From positions 38,564,001 through 38,628,000 of the forward strand of contig OX597835.1 of the NCBI GenBank assembly GCA_951406725.2: 64,000 nucleotides of DNA. Direction: 5' to 3'. Below the pieces are notes generated by a model. That model made no database searches. It saw only the letters and a list, made by a program, of their open reading frames with translations, and was not told the DNA's origin. The DNA is from Octopus vulgaris (taxonomy: Eukaryota). This document shows positions 56,961 to 64,000 of the stretch, one piece after another. How positions within the stretch are numbered: the stretch's first letter is position 1; every line of letters starts with the position of its first letter. A program made the translations under genes and the position numbers.

Positions 56961-57258
56961 GGAGTAGATGAAACAGGGACAACTGATGAAGGGCATGTTC
57001 TTTATGTTGCACGTCTCGTTTCTCTGTTTGTTTTTTTCGTTGTTCGAGAAAAGTTCGTTTTCTATGCTTTTGTTGTTATGTTTTCGTTTCTCATTGTGTC
57101 CACTCTTTTGTTTTTGATGTCCTGTACCCATATATGCATGTATATATGCATATATATGTAGGTATATACATATATGTATATATGCATATATTTATATATT
57201 ATTTATATTATTATATAATCGAACGCCACGCATCCTTTTCTTACTAAATTTTATATTT

Positions 57259-57291
<33 letters not shown>

Positions 57292-57292
<1 letters not shown>

Positions 57293-57468
57293 GGGAGAGA
57301 TTACGAAAAAAGCAAAAGACGTAGACAGATGGTGTACAAAACAAATAGATGTATTAGTATAAAGCTCAGGAGTAGAAAAAGTCTTTTACGTTTCGAGCCT
57401 ACGCTCTTCTACAGAAAGGGACACAGAAAAAAAACAAGGAGAGAAAAAAATGTCTGTAGTGGCTAACG

Positions 57469-57470
<2 letters not shown>
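57292..57470 (-). mobile_element. Hammerhead-variant element, copy 3 (inverted relative to copy 2)
   Basis: Motif at 57383-57418 on the minus strand; (TA)n on both sides. Confidence 0.8.
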
Positions 57471-57497
<27 letters not shown>

Positions 57498-57499
<2 letters not shown>

Positions 57500-57911
57500 G
57501 GGTGCGGCAAGACACATTTGTAGGCATAATAAAGTGAAATAGAGTAAAAAACGAAAATATATGTTTTTACTTTTCGAGATGTACATATAATACCATTTTC
57601 TTTCAATTGGAACCATTTCTGTCATTTTGTTTCAATTTTTTTTCTGTTGCCCACATGGGAATCACACTTTCATTGTGGAAACGTTTACCAAGAACAACGA
57701 ATCCGTAACTGCAAACACAAAGAGCGTTCAGTGTGCACTTCAGACTTGGTAGACATGGTCCCGACTTACTCGAAATTCTTCAGCAGCAGAATTTGGCATT
57801 TGGGGTCCGTACTTCTTCGAAGAAGACACTGTTACATTGACTGAAAAACTCTGATCGATATTGTGTAATGCTAGAGACTTTTCTGAAACCCAAATTGAAT
57901 GAACTTCACGA
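57498..57911 (+). mobile_element. Tc1/Tc3-like element 5' part (internally deleted)
   Basis: CAGGGTG terminus after (TA)n; FIVETFTKNNESVTA.QRAF..HF N-terminal HTH; AEFGIWGPYFFEEDTVT; NSDRYCVMLETFLKPKLNE. Confidence 0.85.
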
Positions 57912-58170
57912 TAGCAAGCGAGGCTCAAACTTTGCTGCAACCCTTTTCATTCGCAATTCCTCACTTAAAATTCATTGGCAGGTGCCCCAGGATATACCAG
58001 TCATATAAACAAGTTTGTCAGTTGTTCAGCGAGGGTCCTCAGTTTTAAGGATTTTCGTGATGTTTTTTATTCGATCAGGAGATCGACAATGGCCCTGAAC
58101 GAAATTGATCTTCAAGCGATGAGAGACCATTCATGAAGCGGGAAAACCACTCGTAAAGGTCTGCTCGTAT
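57912..58170 (-). mobile_element. Mariner transposase N-terminal (HTH) remnant
   Basis: YEWFSRFMNGLSSLEDQFRSG...EDPR...TGISWGTCQ*ILSEELRMKRVAAKFEPRLL. Confidence 0.85.
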
Positions 58171-58435
58171 TATTATCGAGTGAGTTTCTGTTCTATTAAT
58201 TGCATGTGAAACATTATATTTTTAAATCAGATTTTCAATGAAGCAGACCGCCGACGAAACGCATGCGACCTACGATCCAATGACGTCACTCATAAGTAAA
58301 AATTGAATGTATTTTTTTAGAGAAGTCTAAGTGGAGAATTTTCACTCGGGGTTATTTCTGCAACGAAATTCCTTATCACGTCCGAACACACACGAACACA
58401 TCAAACATAACTTTAAGCACACACACACGCACACG

Positions 58436-58468
<33 letters not shown>

Positions 58469-58627
58469 TCTCACACGCGCGCACACGCACACATACACAA
58501 ACGCACACACACACACACACATACATACACACACACATAAACACACACACATGCACACACACACACACACACACACCACACACGCACACACACATACACA
58601 CACGCACACACACATACACACACATAC

Positions 58628-58735
58628 TTAAGGAAAATGTTGGGAGCGAATCCAAAGTTCCGCTGAAAGTTTGGCTTCTGATTCTCCAGCGAAACTTCCG
58701 ACCGGTAAAACGTAGGAGTGACTGTCAGCGATTTC
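58628..58735 (-). CDS. Candidate internal exon, product unknown
   Basis: 108-nt unique island between CA repeats. TTTTTACAAG| acceptor and |GTATGT donor. Open symmetric phase-2 frame KSLTVTPTFYRSEVSLENQKPNFQRNFGFAPNIFL. Confidence 0.25.
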   Translation of the reverse strand, partial: EIADSHSYVLPVGSFAGESEAKLSAELWIRSQHFP

Positions 58736-58757
58736 CTTGTAAAAATAAGTGTAAAAG

Positions 58758-58794
<37 letters not shown>

Positions 58795-59383
58795 GAGGTA
58801 TGATGAATGTCATTTTTTTTTTTTTTCAAAATTTTCATTGGCTGTTATTAGTCAAATTCTTCCTCCTGCTTGTTGTTCCTGGAAGTGTGGGTTTATTTTT
58901 GGTCTATTAACTGCATGTGTAACCTTATGTTGTTAATCAGATTTTCAACTTAGCTTCATTATTACATATACATCTAACAATATTTACACACCTCCACACC
59001 TCCACTACACCCACTTGCGCATACACGCTTCTGTGTCTGTATGTATTTATATATGCATATATGTCTCTACATATGCAGATATGTATGTAGGCATCTCTAT
59101 TTTTTGCATGTGTATTTCTGTGTAATTTCTTCAGGTTTTTTTTTTTTTTTTTGGTGATTCCAGCTGGCCTCCAACCAATTGGCAAATATCTCATTTTCCT
59201 TCTTTTTTTAGTTAAGACAGGTGCTGGGAATTTTTGATCGTCATTGATGCGTGTATATATGCAAGTTTATGTTCATGGATAGCTTGTACTTCTGTGATGG
59301 ATGTGTATTTTACTTTGGCATACAAGTGTCACTACTTCGCTTTTATATCTCTGTGTGTGCTCATGCATTCCTTATATATATCT

Positions 59384-59514
<131 letters not shown>

Positions 59515-60320
59515 GATGTGTGCATATGTTTGGCCCAGGAAATTCACCATGCGGGGGTTCCTAGGAACATTTTACATGCTTTTCATTTGTTTAGCATAGG
59601 AAACTCACATGGAGAATTTCTGGAACGTTTTGCAGATTTTAACTGCACCACTGGTTGATTGTATTTGAAAAACACAGATTAGTTTGGTTTTCGCTTTTTT
59701 TCAGAGAATCCCAAATTCTCTATGCTTTTATGTAGAAATGTTTTTATGCAAACCAACTTGCCTATGATAATGGAAATCTGTAGTCTGGTTTCTCTATTGA
59801 TATTCTGTTTTTCTACAATTTTTTGGTGCCACATTTACATCAGAGGGGCAGCCAATCTCTACTATAGTGCATGTCTTTTACTCTTTGTCCCATAAAATAA
59901 TGCCTCGCCTGTTGTGCTTTGATCGCGTCGCTATTCATATTGAACTATTCCTCCGATGTTCTTTATTGTTTTAGGTGTGAATGAATTCCAGTTCTCTGTG
60001 TACCTTCGGTATGGCTATCCTTCCTTCGGTATGGCATTGTAAACTGTCTTTGCAACAATTGCATGTCTCTTGGAAAGGAAATATCTTGCAGACATATTCG
60101 GACAGTTAATTATGATACGGGTGATATCTTCCACACTAGAATGGAATAATCGACATTTTTCTTTTATCATAGAATGGAACATCAGAGCCAACTCTCTTCC
60201 TCATCAAGTACTTAGTCGTAACCTCATGTTCCTTGATAGCAAAAGTAGAGCCTACAAAGAGAGATGTAATGAACTTATCGTAAGTCCAGGCCAGGCTACT
60301 ACTCTTGTCAATATTTCTTA

Positions 60321-60549
60321 TTTCTATTTCTTTATTGGCCACAAGGGGTTAAACATAGAGGGGACAAACAAGGACAGACAAAAGGGATTAAGTCGATTAC
60401 ATCGACCCCAGTGCTCAATTTATCGACCCCGAAAGGATGAAAGGCAAAGTCGACCTCGGCGGAATTTGAACTCAGAACGTAACGGCAGATGACATACCAC
60501 AAAGTATTTCGCCCGGCGTGCTAACGTTTCTGCCAGCTCGCCACCTCGC
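60321..60549 (-). mobile_element. SINE B with TSD
   Basis: TSD CAATATTTCTTA at 60309-60320 and 60550-60561. Confidence 0.92.
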
Positions 60550-60823
60550 CAATATTTCTTATCAATATTTCTGGCGATATTTAACATGCGGGATATGTAT
60601 TCATGTATGTCTTTCTGCCGGTATGTGCAGTACTTCTCCACCACACCTCTGTGCAACAAGTCCGTCCAGAGACCCTTATATTCGCACACAGCGTACTTAT
60701 GTAAGGGTCCTTTGCCTACTCCCACAATGCTATGAGCTTCGCTTGAGAGTATGCATCCCTGATGTACTTATGTCTCTCGTTGCTGTTCCCTAAAGGATGC
60801 GTGGACGATCATATCCCTCTACC

Positions 60824-61055
60824 TATTTCTTTATTGCCCACAAGGGGCTAAACATAGAGGGGACAAACAAGGACAGACAAACGCATTAAGTCGATTATAT
60901 CGACCCCAGTGCGAAAAGGGTACTTATTTAATCGACCCTGAAAAGATGAAAGGCAAAGTCGAACTCGGCGGAATTTGAACTCAGAACGTAGCGGTAGACG
61001 AAATACGGCTACGCATTTCACCCGGCGTGCTAACGTTTCTGCCAGCTCGCCGCCG
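60824..61055 (-). mobile_element. SINE B with TSD
   Basis: 15-bp TSD TCATATCCCTCTACC at 60809-60823 and 61056-61070. Confidence 0.93.
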
Positions 61056-61184
61056 TCATATCCCTCTACCGCCATCCCACCGTATGTCTGTCTGTCTGTT
61101 TGCCTGTCTGTCTGTCTGTATGTATGTATGTATATATGTACGTATTATGTGTGTATGTGTGTGTGTTTATGTATGTTATTCTTC

Positions 61185-61547
61185 AATTTTATTTAAAGAT
61201 TTCTTGCCAGTAGAGAAGGACACGGTTTCTACCCTACATCTAAGGATTCATTGGAATTTCAACATCAACAGGATATGTATGTATGTATGAATGTATGTAT
61301 GTATGTATTTATGTATGTATGTATGTATGTATGTATGTATGTATGTATCTATGTATGTATCTATGCACGTGCGTATATATGTATGTATGCATGTATGTTT
61401 GTATTATGTATGTATGTATGTATGTACGTGCGTATATATGTATGTATGTATGTATGTATGAATGTATGTATGTATGTATGTATGTATGTATGTATCTATG
61501 CACGTGCGTATATATGTATGTATTATGTATGTATGTATGTATGTATG

Positions 61548-61578
<31 letters not shown>

Positions 61579-61657
61579 GTATGTATGTATCTATGTATGT
61601 ATCTATGCACGTGCGTATATATGTATGTATTATGTATGTATGTATATATGTATGTAT

Positions 61658-61688
<31 letters not shown>

Positions 61689-61772
61689 GTATGTATGTAT
61701 CTATGTATGTATCTATGCACGTGCGTATATATGTATGTATTATGTATGTATGTATGTATGTATGTACGTACG

Positions 61773-61806
<34 letters not shown>

Positions 61807-61892
61807 TGTACGCATGTATGTATGTATGTATGTATGTATGTATATATGTATGTATATATGTATGTATGTATGTATGTATCTATGTACGTAAG

Positions 61893-61923
<31 letters not shown>

Positions 61924-62259
61924 ATATGTATGTAAGTATGTATGCATGTATAATGTACTACGTACGTACGTATGCATGTATCTATGAATGCATATGTGCA
62001 GATTTGCATGTTTTGTTCTCCGTATACATTCCCATGTATGTAGTTGCATCCCTAGACTCGTATGTATATACTTAAATGATAAGTTTCTGGAAAATTTTAC
62101 ATTTTTTCTTATTACAGTTCCAGTGATGGATTCGATCTGTAGACTTCGAATCAGCTTCTCCCTTTCTGGTTTTGAGAAGCCTAATTGCTAAAGAGTGGTA
62201 TTTAGATAGCATGTTACATATCTCAGGTCCCCAATAATTACAGGTATAAACCTGAACTT

Positions 62260-62260
<1 letters not shown>
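61185..62260 (-). mobile_element. 5'-truncated R4-like LINE with expanded (CATA)n in its 3' UTR
   Basis: 62060-62260 encodes KFRFIPVIIGDL..LGFSKPEREKLIRSLQIESITGTV (same family as 27148-27555). Terminal block at 61185-61275. TATG arrays lie inside and on both sides. Confidence 0.75.

Positions 62261-64000
<1,740 letters not shown>

Larger units (their letters stand above)
59530..61080 (-). mobile_element. Old R4-like LINE remnant interrupted by two SINE B insertions
   Basis: In order on the minus strand: DGGRGI, YISRML..IDK, FAIKEHEVTTKYL, VEDITRIIINCP..RH, KHNR.GIILWDK...IVEIGCPSDVN, SGAVKICKTFQKF*. Confidence 0.85.

Noticed and set aside
56980-57012. Hammerhead candidate CAACTGATGAAGGG...GTTG
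   Set aside because: It lacks the GAAA half of the core, so it is not called as a ribozyme.

Overview
Eukaryotic, AT-rich, microsatellite-saturated non-coding DNA. The repeat landscape resembles a coleoid cephalopod (octopus-like) genome; this is inference. No intact protein-coding gene is supportable, and nearly all ORFs in the supplied track are translated microsatellites or SINEs. Contents: (i) about 40 copies or fragments of four tRNA-headed SINE families (called A-D here); (ii) remnants of R4/Dong-type, RTE and probable L1/Tx1 LINEs; (iii) a Penelope-like GIY-YIG fragment with a complete hammerhead ribozyme in its 3' UTR; (iv) three copies of a ~190-bp non-coding element carrying a variant minimal hammerhead; (v) mariner and Tc1/Tc3-like transposase remnants whose halves reveal a ~2.3-kb inversion; (vi) a non-autonomous Helitron, a mariner MITE and a TIR element containing telomeric repeats; (vii) a decayed Deltex-like RING E3 ligase pseudogene with a triplicated pre-RING segment; (viii) several long inverted and direct repeats; (ix) one promoter-like cluster and a few weak candidate exons. 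All family assignments come from motif recognition by eye, and no database search was run.
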